From a virus (lineage: Duplodnaviria > Caudoviricetes): DNA of 24,156 nt. Under the pieces are notes generated by a model. That model was not told where the DNA came from and made no database searches. It saw only the letters and a list, made by a program, of their open reading frames with translations. Location of the stretch: positions 1 to 24,156 of the IMG/VR virus record IMGVR_UViG_3300034418_002650. One strand, given 5' to 3'. Positions 1 to 7,303 of this stretch are shown here, piece after piece (the first letter of the stretch is position 1; every line of letters starts with the position of its first letter). A program made the translations under genes and the position numbers.

Positions 1-243
1 TTGATTTTTAGAAACTCTAAATAATTCCTTCCAATATTCAGCAGTTGGCAAACAATCCCAATCTTTATCTACATAAAGTAATCTTGATGGGTCGTTTTTT
101 CTTTTTCCACCACCATTAGAGAGCCTATCACCTAATCCGTAAGGTGGGTCTACTATAGCCAAATCAAAATAGTTATCTGGATATCTAGCCATTAAAGCCA
201 TGTTGTCTTCGTTTGTTATCTCTATCTTATCTGTTACTTTCAT
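1..243 (-). CDS. DNA N6-adenine/N4-cytosine methyltransferase (beta class), 3' end truncated by window edge
   Basis: Not in the ORF track. Manual translation from ATG 243: MKVTDKIEITNEDNMALMARYPDNYFDLAIVDPPYGLG...DWDCLPTAEYWKELFRVSKNQ. The catalytic DPPY motif lies near the N-terminus and the frame stays open to base 1. Confidence 0.9.
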   Translation of the reverse strand, partial: MKVTDKIEITNEDNMALMARYPDNYFDLAIVDPPYGLGDRLSNGGGKRKNDPSRLLYVDKDWDCLPTAEYWKELFRVSKNQ

Positions 244-253
244 ATCTATATAT

Positions 254-454
254 TTACTTGGCCAACCATACCGTAAAAGTATAATTACCTGTTTTAGTTT
301 TTTTACACGAAACATGATTAGAACCTCTAACATGAAAAACTTTTGTTCCGCTTGTTCCTAAAGTTTCTTTATATCTATAATCTATAATATACTGCTTAAC
401 TGCTTGCAGTCCGTCTAATATGCTACATCCCCTGTTTTCTATATGTACTTTCAT
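254..454 (-). CDS. hypothetical protein (66 aa)
   Basis: ORF track; ATGA overlap with the upstream gene; fits operon packing. Confidence 0.7.
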   Translation of the reverse strand: MKVHIENRGCSILDGLQAVKQYIIDYRYKETLGTSGTKVFHVRGSNHVSCKKTKTGNYTFTVWLAK

Positions 455-855
455 ATCGTTTCTATTATTCGTTTAATTGCTTCTTCGTTAGTTGGTATCT
501 GGTTATTTATTCTGTAAAGCTGAACTTTTAAATACATCTCTTTGTCAAACCTCATTAATACTAAATTCTTATTAGGTAGGTTTATCGGTTCTTCTGTTAT
601 TGGAAAATCTCCAAGTTCTTTTATTACGTGTCCTATAAATACAGGGTCTGTTCTAAACCTGTTGTAAAGTTTTTCGCCGTGCATTACTGTTGCGTGGTCA
701 CGGTTAAACATATTACCTATACTTTCATAACTAAAACCTATTTCACTTCTTATGTACTTGTAAAGGTACGCTCTACGGTATGCTAAACTTCTCTTCTTAG
801 ACTTAACGTCTAGTCCTTCGTTTTTAATGTACTCTTTTATTTGTTCTATGTTCAT
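451..855 (-). CDS. DNA-binding protein with DnaA domain IV-like HTH, possible C-terminal ribbon-helix-helix
   Basis: SYESIGNMFNRDHATVMHG resembles the DnaA C-terminal signature SLxxIGxxFxxRDHTTV. The C-terminal VLMRFDKEMYLKVQLYR...NEEAIKRII has an RHH-like pattern. Confidence 0.75.
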   Translation of the reverse strand: MNIEQIKEYIKNEGLDVKSKKRSLAYRRAYLYKYIRSEIGFSYESIGNMFNRDHATVMHGEKLYNRFRTDPVFIGHVIKELGDFPITEEPINLPNKNLVLMRFDKEMYLKVQLYRINNQIPTNEEAIKRIIETI

Positions 856-872
856 TGTTTTGGTTTTAATTG
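854..872. repeat. 19-bp direct repeat, copy 1 (ATTGTTTTGGTTTTAATTG)
   Basis: Identical to 1630-1648; the two copies bracket the ParB-like gene. Confidence 0.9.
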
Positions 873-1603
873 TTTCTATATATTTTTAATTGTCTATTTA
901 ACCATGGTCTAATCATTTCAACAGAAGACAAGGTAGCACTATCACTTTTTGCAAGTTCTTCTAGTTGTGCAAATATAAACTCCATTTCTTTTTTATTCCC
1001 TTTTATTTTTTGGTGTGCAAAATGACAAACTCTATTAATAGTGAATGCTTGAAACTTTTTACCACCGAATAAAGATTTTAATCTTAAAAAATTATCATAA
1101 AGGTATTCACTAAAATCTTGATTCTTTATTGAGCTTCTGCCATCTTTAAACGTCTGATTTGAACCAGAGTTAAAATATATATTTAAAACATTACCAACAG
1201 AAAAAACAGCTTTAGATGCTATTAATTGGTTATAAACATAAAGATATGATTCTTTATTACGAGAAAAACTTTTTAAGTAGTCTAAAGCAGACCAAGCCCT
1301 GTTAGAATTATTTAGGCTTATTATATATTTTTGGTACTCATCTAGGTCTTTTGTGTTTACCCAATCAACAATATAAACAGGTACACTATTTAAGTTTAAC
1401 TTTTCAGAAGCTAACACCCTGTGGTGTCCTTCTATAATATTACCCTTATCGTCTATTATTACTGGTGATAACCATCCATATTCGTTTAATTTTTTAGAAA
1501 AGTTATTAGAATGGTTTTCTACAATGTCTCTATTTACAAGCGACTGCTTTAGTTTACTAATTGGGTAGTTCGCTTCAAATGTTCCTTTTTTAATTGTTTT
1601 CAT
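866..1603 (-). CDS. ParB/Sulfiredoxin N-terminal domain protein
   Basis: GWLSPVIIDDKGNIIEGHHRVLA matches the ParB/Srx GxxxPIIV...IIxGHxR motif. Confidence 0.85.
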   Translation of the reverse strand: MKTIKKGTFEANYPISKLKQSLVNRDIVENHSNNFSKKLNEYGWLSPVIIDDKGNIIEGHHRVLASEKLNLNSVPVYIVDWVNTKDLDEYQKYIISLNNSNRAWSALDYLKSFSRNKESYLYVYNQLIASKAVFSVGNVLNIYFNSGSNQTFKDGRSSIKNQDFSEYLYDNFLRLKSLFGGKKFQAFTINRVCHFAHQKIKGNKKEMEFIFAQLEELAKSDSATLSSVEMIRPWLNRQLKIYRNN

Positions 1604-1627
1604 AATTTAAATTTTAAGTTGTTATTA

Positions 1628-1798
1628 TTATTGTTTTGGTTTTAATTGGTTGTGTATATGCTCGAATACTTCGTTATAAGATGCTTTTTCTGGCGTGTAA
1701 GTGCTTTTAATCTTTGGTTGGTAGATATTATCATCCCAACTTACTTCGTCTCTTAGGAATGTTCTTTTAATCTTATCTAATGCTTTTACTCTTAACAT
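1628..1798 (-). CDS. hypothetical protein (56 aa, MLRVKALDKI...QLKPKQ)
   Basis: Manual translation, below the track cut-off; fills the gap; AGATATG start context like its neighbours. Confidence 0.7.
   Translation of the reverse strand: MLRVKALDKIKRTFLRDEVSWDDNIYQPKIKSTYTPEKASYNEVFEHIHNQLKPKQ
1630..1648. repeat. 19-bp direct repeat, copy 2
   Basis: Identical to 854-872. Confidence 0.9.
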
Positions 1799-1803
1799 AT
1801 CTT

Positions 1804-2076
1804 TTACAGTTTGTTTGTTATCATTATTTCAGACATAGAGTTAAGTTTTCTTTGTAACTCCTTGTTGTGATTTAATTGTTGGCGTAATTGTTTCTCTGAT
1901 GTTTTCCAATAGATATAAAACGTTCCTTTTTTTGTATTGTTAACTATTGCTAATTTCTCTTTGTACGCCTCTATTGTTTTTCTTTGGTTTAAAACTTTCT
2001 TTTCAAGTGTTTTAACTTTTAGTTGTTCCCACATTAAAAGCTCTTCTGCTGTCTTTGTAATTGCTTTAGTAATCAT
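1804..2076 (-). CDS. hypothetical coiled-coil protein (90 aa)
   Basis: ORF track; Lys/Glu/Leu-rich heptads; overlaps the upstream gene. Confidence 0.7.
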   Translation of the reverse strand: MITKAITKTAEELLMWEQLKVKTLEKKVLNQRKTIEAYKEKLAIVNNTKKGTFYIYWKTSEKQLRQQLNHNKELQRKLNSMSEIMITNKL

Positions 2077-2248
2077 ATCCCTTTTTTACGTTTGTTATTA
2101 CTGTACTATTTCTATCTCCTTTTGGTAGGCTTTCTATTAACTCGTAGTCTTCGCCTTTTTCAGCTCTAACTAATAATATAAATAATCTTCTTACCTCTTC
2201 CCATTCTCTTTCTTCCCATGCTTTGTTGTACTCTTCTCTTAGTGTCAT
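2066..2248 (-). CDS. hypothetical protein (60 aa)
   Basis: ORF track; TAAGATATG coupling to the upstream gene. Confidence 0.7.
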   Translation of the reverse strand: MTLREEYNKAWEEREWEEVRRLFILLVRAEKGEDYELIESLPKGDRNSTVITNVKKGYDY

Positions 2249-2251
2249 ATC

Positions 2252-2431
2252 TTAAATTTCTCCTTTAATTATTTTGTTTGCTATCAATAACGTTTGGTCA
2301 AACTGTATCTGTAAATTGTCGTACTCTTTTGGAGATACATTCCCTTTTTGTTTTTTTAGAATATCTCCAGCCATTTCTAAAATACTTTTTGCAATTTCAT
2401 ACTTGCTTACTTCTCTTGTTTTACTTTTCAT
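2252..2431 (-). CDS. hypothetical protein (59 aa, MKSKTREVSK...IIKGEI)
   Basis: Manual translation; A-rich initiation region AAACCAAACAAAATG; fills the gap exactly. Confidence 0.75.
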   Translation of the reverse strand: MKSKTREVSKYEIAKSILEMAGDILKKQKGNVSPKEYDNLQIQFDQTLLIANKIIKGEI

Positions 2432-2441
2432 TTTGTTTGGT

Positions 2442-2603
2442 TTATTTCAGTTGTGACTTAATCTCGTTATTAACTCTCATCATTGTATCGTAATCTAAGT
2501 TAGAATTAAAATCTAAGACTTCTTCTGACCAATATCCATGTCTATCTATTAATACTATTAATTCTGCTTTTATACTTTCGTATTTTTCTACTTTGTTTTT
2601 CAT
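2442..2603 (-). CDS. hypothetical protein, first gene after the host-type promoter (start revised to ATG 2603)
   Basis: The track start at 2648 lies inside the promoter; ATG 2603 has an A-rich leader (AAAAACAAAGAAATTATG). Confidence 0.7.
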   Translation of the reverse strand: MKNKVEKYESIKAELIVLIDRHGYWSEEVLDFNSNLDYDTMMRVNNEIKSQLK

Positions 2604-2633
2604 AATTTCTTTGTTTTTGTGTTTTCGTATACT

Positions 2634-2665
2634 CAAATATACAAACAATGTTTATAACTATCAAA
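2634..2665 (-). promoter_or_regulatory. Bacteroidota primary-sigma promoter (-33 TTTG / -7 TAnnTTTG)
   Basis: Minus strand reads TTTG (2665-2662), 20 nt, TATATTTG (2641-2634). This matches the established Bacteroides/Flavobacterium consensus and lies just after a terminator. Confidence 0.85.
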
Positions 2666-2698
2666 CTTTATCAACAAAAATATTAAATTAATTTCAAT

Positions 2699-2728
2699 AA
2701 AAAAGGGTCTACATCTCTGCAAACCCTT
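2699..2728 (-). terminator. intrinsic terminator ending the lysis/exonuclease transcript
   Basis: AAGGGTTTGCA-GAGA-TGTAGACCCTT (11-bp stem with G-U pairs, GNRA loop) followed by a T run. Confidence 0.85.
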
Positions 2729-2751
2729 AACCTAACCGACTTATAGAAGTT

Positions 2752-3558
2752 TTATTTAATATTGTTTTTCATTGTGTATTTAATGTAGTTCATGTAATCT
2801 CTGTTGCTTATCTTGTGATATGTGGCACATGATTTATCTCTGCACTTCATGTAATGTTGAACCGTTCCACTCTTTGTTACGTACTCTTTGTTCCATTGAA
2901 GTAGACCACCGCACTCTGGGCAGAAGAATTTACTACTTACTAGCTTATTATCTCCTACGTCTACAAGGTCTATATGGTAATGTGTGTTAGAATCTACGTA
3001 AGGTCTAAGTTTTTGGAATACAGCTTCTAAACTTGTTATATCCCCATCTCCGTAATAAAGTAAATGGTCTAACGCTTCTTGGTCTTTATTGTATATAACA
3101 TTAACCCACGTCATGTGTCCACCTGCATCTAGTTTTGATGGTAGGTTAAAGTAATCACATACACCTTTTAACCTTTTATCTGGAAGCTGTTTTAAGTATT
3201 TTTTCACTAAACTATAACAGTCAACTTCATTATAAGAATGTTTAAACTCTAATCCGTGAAACATTGCCCTTTGTCTTAACCAAGGCGTATCAAACTTCTT
3301 ACCATTGTAATGTACAACCTCAGTAGCTGAATCTAACACCTTAATAAATTTCTTTAACATTGCTTTGTCGCATTGCTTATTTAACCCCCAATGTAAATTG
3401 TGTATTTTATCCTCACCTTCAAACTTCCAATGTATTGAAATAATTTTAGCGTGTTCTTTAATTTGATGTGGATAAATTCTAGTATTCCAATCTGGTCTGT
3501 AAAACCAACCTTCACAGAATGATGTTTCAATGTCGTAAAATAATCTTTTCCTAGTCAT
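2752..3558 (-). CDS. DEDD/RNase H-like 3'-5' exonuclease with C-terminal zinc ribbon
   Basis: ExoI FYDIETS, ExoII YNGKKFD, ExoIII YGDGDI; CPECG...CRDKSC Cys pairs. Confidence 0.85.
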   Translation of the reverse strand: MTRKRLFYDIETSFCEGWFYRPDWNTRIYPHQIKEHAKIISIHWKFEGEDKIHNLHWGLNKQCDKAMLKKFIKVLDSATEVVHYNGKKFDTPWLRQRAMFHGLEFKHSYNEVDCYSLVKKYLKQLPDKRLKGVCDYFNLPSKLDAGGHMTWVNVIYNKDQEALDHLLYYGDGDITSLEAVFQKLRPYVDSNTHYHIDLVDVGDNKLVSSKFFCPECGGLLQWNKEYVTKSGTVQHYMKCRDKSCATYHKISNRDYMNYIKYTMKNNIK

Positions 3559-4009
3559 GTTTATATATTTTGTTTGATACTGATTTAATTGCTAAGATAA
3601 CATTTATTAAATAACCTACAACAAGACCAAGAAGTAACCACTTCCACCAATTACTTTTACGGTTCTCTGCTTTAACTTGTTTAGTCTTCTCCTTCTCTTG
3701 CTTCGTTTCTTCCTTAATGTACTTAATACGCTCTTTATATTCCGTTCTTACTTGCCACCTTGTCTTATATTCCACAATAGGCTCTAAGGTTATATTCTTT
3801 GTAACCGTTTTAGTAATGTAGGTAGTATCGTTTGACGTTAGTATTTCAGTAATAGTGTCAGTACTTGTGATAGTTACCGTGTCTATAGGTATCGTTAAAC
3901 CGCTTTTAAGTAGGTTTTCCTTCGCTCTGTTGTACTTTCTAACCTTGTGTGGTGTACTGCATCCACTTAGGATAATTAAAGCCGTTACGATTAATGTTTT
4001 ATTTTTCAT
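3551..4009 (-). CDS. lipoprotein with C-terminal TM helix; putative unimolecular spanin
   Basis: Signal peptide and lipobox LIILSG-C; C-terminal WWKWLLLGLVVGYLINVILAI; directly after the endolysin. Confidence 0.7.
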   Translation of the reverse strand: MKNKTLIVTALIILSGCSTPHKVRKYNRAKENLLKSGLTIPIDTVTITSTDTITEILTSNDTTYITKTVTKNITLEPIVEYKTRWQVRTEYKERIKYIKEETKQEKEKTKQVKAENRKSNWWKWLLLGLVVGYLINVILAIKSVSNKIYKHD

Positions 4010-4562
4010 CTGGTCTGAATTTATTATTGAAATCTTCCAATCTGTTAAGCCATCCTTTTAAGAATCGTTTGTTTCTTGGTGTACGCTCACAAATATATCT
4101 AAAGAATGATTCTCTTTGCTTGATACATTCGTCAAATAGTTCTAATTCGTTACGTTCATTAATAGCTTTTAGAGTATTCTTGCCTATGATACCATCTCTA
4201 GTAACTCCTACTACTCTTTGAATTTGTCTTACTGCTGTTTTAGCACCAGAACCCCACGCCCAAGAAACAAGAACATTTGCTATTGCTTGGCTTTCTATAT
4301 CATCGCCTTTTACAGCATCCCAATATTTAGATTTAAATATTAAACCCCAATCATGTTCATTCATTTCAACGAATCTTTCGTTTTGATTCTTACCGAATAC
4401 ACCTACCCAAGCTGAATAAGTTACACCTTTGTTAGTGTGGTAACCACCAATTCCATCTATTGTTAATGGACATGGGTTTGAACTTGCTGAATCGCTTTTA
4501 TCATTACTTAATCCGCCTTCCCATTTAATAAAAAACGGTACTATTTGTCTGTGGTCTGCCAT
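3999..4562 (-). CDS. endolysin, glycoside hydrolase family 108 with peptidoglycan-binding C-terminus
   Basis: N-terminal WEGG motif, TNKGVT, YWD, DGIIGKNT, and C-terminal RFLKGWLNRL typical of GH108/PG_binding_3. Confidence 0.9.
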   Translation of the reverse strand: MADHRQIVPFFIKWEGGLSNDKSDSASSNPCPLTIDGIGGYHTNKGVTYSAWVGVFGKNQNERFVEMNEHDWGLIFKSKYWDAVKGDDIESQAIANVLVSWAWGSGAKTAVRQIQRVVGVTRDGIIGKNTLKAINERNELELFDECIKQRESFFRYICERTPRNKRFLKGWLNRLEDFNNKFRPDEK

Positions 4563-4565
4563 ATC

Positions 4566-4706
4566 TTATCTGTTATAAATTACTGCGTTATCTTCTAAAT
4601 ACATTTTCTCTTGTGGCTCTTTCTTTAGTGTTGCTATTGATAAGCACACAATGGAAGTGAATACCACAACCCATGATAGGGCAAATACTAATTCAAATTT
4701 CTTCAT
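4566..4706 (-). CDS. small single-TM membrane protein (46 aa, MKKFELVFALSWVVVFTSIVCLSIATLKKEPQ...)
   Basis: Manual translation; A-rich start context; TAAGATATG coupling to the endolysin. Confidence 0.7.
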   Translation of the reverse strand: MKKFELVFALSWVVVFTSIVCLSIATLKKEPQEKMYLEDNAVIYNR

Positions 4707-4795
4707 AATTGTTTAAGTTTAAAAGGGAGCTTCAAGCCTTTCTCTCTACTCCCTTTAGTTGATTTAAAAGTGGACCTTTATAAGATTTATTTCTG

Positions 4796-4826
4796 CTAAT
4801 ATAAACAAAAAAACGGTACTACCAAA
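4796..4826 (-). promoter_or_regulatory. host-type promoter variant TTTG-N19-TATATTAG upstream of the 46-aa gene and endolysin
   Basis: TTTG at 4826-4823 and TATATTAG at 4803-4796; one mismatch to TAnnTTTG. Confidence 0.55.
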
Positions 4827-4838
4827 AGATAGCACCGC
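4807..4838 (-). terminator. intrinsic terminator after the holin
   Basis: CGGTGCTATC-TTTT-GGTAGTACCG followed by T7. Confidence 0.8.
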
Positions 4839-4890
4839 CCAAACATAATTCAACTATGAAAAGAATTACCGCTAATATACAAAAACTTTA

Positions 4891-5298
4891 TTACTTCTCG
4901 CCTTTTCTCTTAATATCTTTTACAAATTTTAAGGCTTGTAAAATCTTATCAATAAAAGAATACCCAAATATACCTCTAAAGTTTTCGTCTATGCTTTTAA
5001 TCTCAATAAAACCAATACCAAATAAAGCAAGTTTAACAAAAGGTATCTGTGGTTCAACGTAACTTATGGACTGCGCTAAGATAACTAGTAAAAAGTAAGC
5101 GGTTGACTTAGTAACTAAAGAGAATAACTTTCTACTTTTAATTTGTTTAACGTCTCTTTTCCCTGCTCTCATTATACCGAAAGCAGTATCAATAAACACT
5201 AAAGCTATCACTATGTAAAAAGCGTATAGTATAGGTGCAAAGAACGCAACTAATGAAGTTAGAAAGTAAGCGCAAAATTTGGATAGTGTAATAGACAT
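4891..5298 (-). CDS. holin (Phage_holin_4_1-like)
   Basis: Three to four hydrophobic segments, IDTAFGI, SRKL...K...Y, EIKSIDEN, basic C-terminus; upstream of the endolysin. Confidence 0.8.
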   Translation of the reverse strand: MSITLSKFCAYFLTSLVAFFAPILYAFYIVIALVFIDTAFGIMRAGKRDVKQIKSRKLFSLVTKSTAYFLLVILAQSISYVEPQIPFVKLALFGIGFIEIKSIDENFRGIFGYSFIDKILQALKFVKDIKRKGEK

Positions 5299-5299
5299 C

Positions 5300-5611
5300 T
5301 TATAGTTCTGTTGTATCGTAACCTAAATCGTTATAAACTTGAATAGCGTATTTATGCGCCGTCTCTACTCCTTGCGTTTCTTCTGGTGCTAACTCTTCAA
5401 CTTTAAAGCTACCTGTTGGCACGTCTGTTGTAAGTGGTGAACTACCGCCTTTATAAGCGTCTTTACTTGCGTAAGTTGTTACTACTACCTCAAGTGTTTG
5501 CCCATCCTCTCTAGCCACGAAAGTTAACCTACCGTAAACGCTTGGTACTTCAATTTCTGTGCCTTTGATTAGGATTGATTTCTCTTCTGTTTTGTTTATT
5601 AATACTCCCAT
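5300..5611 (-). CDS. hypothetical protein, possibly tail-fibre associated
   Basis: ORF track; position directly after the fibre gene. Confidence 0.6.
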   Translation of the reverse strand: MGVLINKTEEKSILIKGTEIEVPSVYGRLTFVAREDGQTLEVVVTTYASKDAYKGGSSPLTTDVPTGSFKVEELAPEETQGVETAHKYAIQVYNDLGYDTTEL

Positions 5612-5638
5612 TGTTTTTTTTGTTAAAGATAATTATTT

Positions 5639-6733
5639 TTATGAAGCGTTGGTTATTATCCCCTTCTCTATTGTAAAGTTTGTGTAAGCTCCAGTTCCTG
5701 TAAATCCTGTTGCTCCAGAAGGTAAAGCAATATCGCCCGATTGTAGATTAATTGCATAATTTACACCACTAGCACCACTAGCGTTCAAGACTAAGGCATA
5801 ATTATTCCCTGTGTTGGCTGTTGTTGCTGTTCCTCTTAATGCAGTGTTCGTTCCTGTTGCTCCTGTTACTATTCCTGTAATTGCACCGCTATTCGCGCCA
5901 GTTGTTTCTATATAACATCCGTTTGTAGTTGAACCGCTTAATCTATAACCAAAAGTTCCTGTTCCTGTTATACTTATCCCATTTGTAAAACCTGAATTGC
6001 TTAATGAAAACCTAGTATTTGAAGCTGGAGCAATACCAGCTCCTATTGTACTATCCCCTGCAATAGTAAGTATATCACTTGAACCGTTGTTGAACGCTAC
6101 CGTGTCTGCCGAGGTCGCTCCGTTTAACTCTATGACTTGTGAGGCTTGAGAGAACTTTATATCTCCTGCCACAATATCTAATGAGTAGTTATTAGTAGTA
6201 GCACCAGAAGCTGAAACTTGAATGCCTCTGTTGGTTCCACTATTAACACCAACAGACTCAGCCAAAAGACCAACACAAGAACCACTTGTTCCTTGCGCTT
6301 TAGCATAAACCCCTTTTCCATTTGATGCAGTAGTATCGCCAAATATACAACTACTCATAGCACCTGCAGAATAGAATCCATAAGTTCCTGTTCCTTGCGC
6401 TCGTATTCCTGCTGTTAATCCTGTTGATACAACGGTTAACCTGTTTGATGCGTTTGGAGCACTTCCAACTCCGATAGTTCCATCTCCTGCGATTTGCATT
6501 ATATCCGTACCGTCTAACTTATCAAAAGTTAAACTCTCAGAACTTGTGTTACCGTTTAAAGTAATAACTCTACTTGCTGAACTTATCGTTTGGTCTGCAT
6601 CCGCTAGATTAGTGTTAAGGTCTATAATACCTTGTATAGTATCTACCTTAGTAACTCCACTTTGTACGAATGGGAAACTATCAACTGCTGCAACCGTTCC
6701 TGCCGTTAAGTTGCTTATTTTACTATCTGCCAT
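5639..6733 (-). CDS. tail fibre / receptor-binding protein with internal tandem duplication
   Basis: Gly/Ser/Thr/Asn-rich beta-type sequence; N-terminal MADSKISNL; two ~143-aa repeats. Confidence 0.7.
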   Translation of the reverse strand: MADSKISNLTAGTVAAVDSFPFVQSGVTKVDTIQGIIDLNTNLADADQTISSASRVITLNGNTSSESLTFDKLDGTDIMQIAGDGTIGVGSAPNASNRLTVVSTGLTAGIRAQGTGTYGFYSAGAMSSCIFGDTTASNGKGVYAKAQGTSGSCVGLLAESVGVNSGTNRGIQVSASGATTNNYSLDIVAGDIKFSQASQVIELNGATSADTVAFNNGSSDILTIAGDSTIGAGIAPASNTRFSLSNSGFTNGISITGTGTFGYRLSGSTTNGCYIETTGANSGAITGIVTGATGTNTALRGTATTANTGNNYALVLNASGASGVNYAINLQSGDIALPSGATGFTGTGAYTNFTIEKGIITNAS

Positions 6734-6815
6734 GTTTAATTGTTTTTAAGAATGTATTTAGCTTAATTACGTTCTCTTGTTTTGGCTTGTAAACCTTTGT
6801 CTTTAAATTACCCAT
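6723..6815 (-). CDS. small basic protein (30 aa, MGNLKTKVYKPKQENVIKLNTFLKTIKHGR)
   Basis: Manual translation; overlaps both flanking genes and fills the gap. Confidence 0.45.
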   Translation of the reverse strand: MGNLKTKVYKPKQENVIKLNTFLKTIKHGR

Positions 6816-7303
6816 CCGCTGAAATTATTATTTGTATCTGGGTACATATCTCCGTTTGAGTTACTGTTGTACTCTGGGTATGTACTAGAATTGTTACATA
6901 TATATTCTATAAATCGCTCTGTATAATGTTGTGCTGTATCTCTAGCCTTTTCAATTAAAAAATCTACTTCGTTCTTTTCAATACTTTCTCCGTTCTCACT
7001 TGTCTTTTTATACACGCCTTTATTTGCTATCATATAAGCAGCGTAAGGCATATACTCTACCATTCCCCACCATATTACCATAGGCTTAATATAAGTGCTT
7101 AGAAGCGTTGTATATGGACTTGCTAAAGATGAAGCTACAATATCATCGTTTATCTTATTAAATAGGTCTGTGCCTAAAAAACCTTGGATGTGAATATCTT
7201 GGGCAACCTTGATAAATTGAATATACTTGTCTACATCAATATTACCGTTTAAGGCTGTGAATTTATTTATGTCTGCTGTTGTTACAAAAAGTGCTTGTGC
7301 CAT
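6803..7303 (-). CDS. putative head-tail adaptor
   Basis: Helical 166-aa protein coupled (TAATG) to the portal; function inferred from position. Confidence 0.55.
   Translation of the reverse strand: MAQALFVTTADINKFTALNGNIDVDKYIQFIKVAQDIHIQGFLGTDLFNKINDDIVASSLASPYTTLLSTYIKPMVIWWGMVEYMPYAAYMIANKGVYKKTSENGESIEKNEVDFLIEKARDTAQHYTERFIEYICNNSSTYPEYNSNSNGDMYPDTNNNFSGWVI

Noticed and set aside
2604-2648. N-terminal extension of ORF 2442..2648
   Set aside because: The upstream start lies within the promoter; ATG 2603 is preferred.
4856-5062. Plus-strand 68-aa ORF with a good-looking start (CAACTATGAAA)
   Set aside because: Mostly antisense to the holin, with no plus-strand promoter seen. The start-like sequence is treated as the complement of the candidate sRNA, but it remains an alternative explanation.
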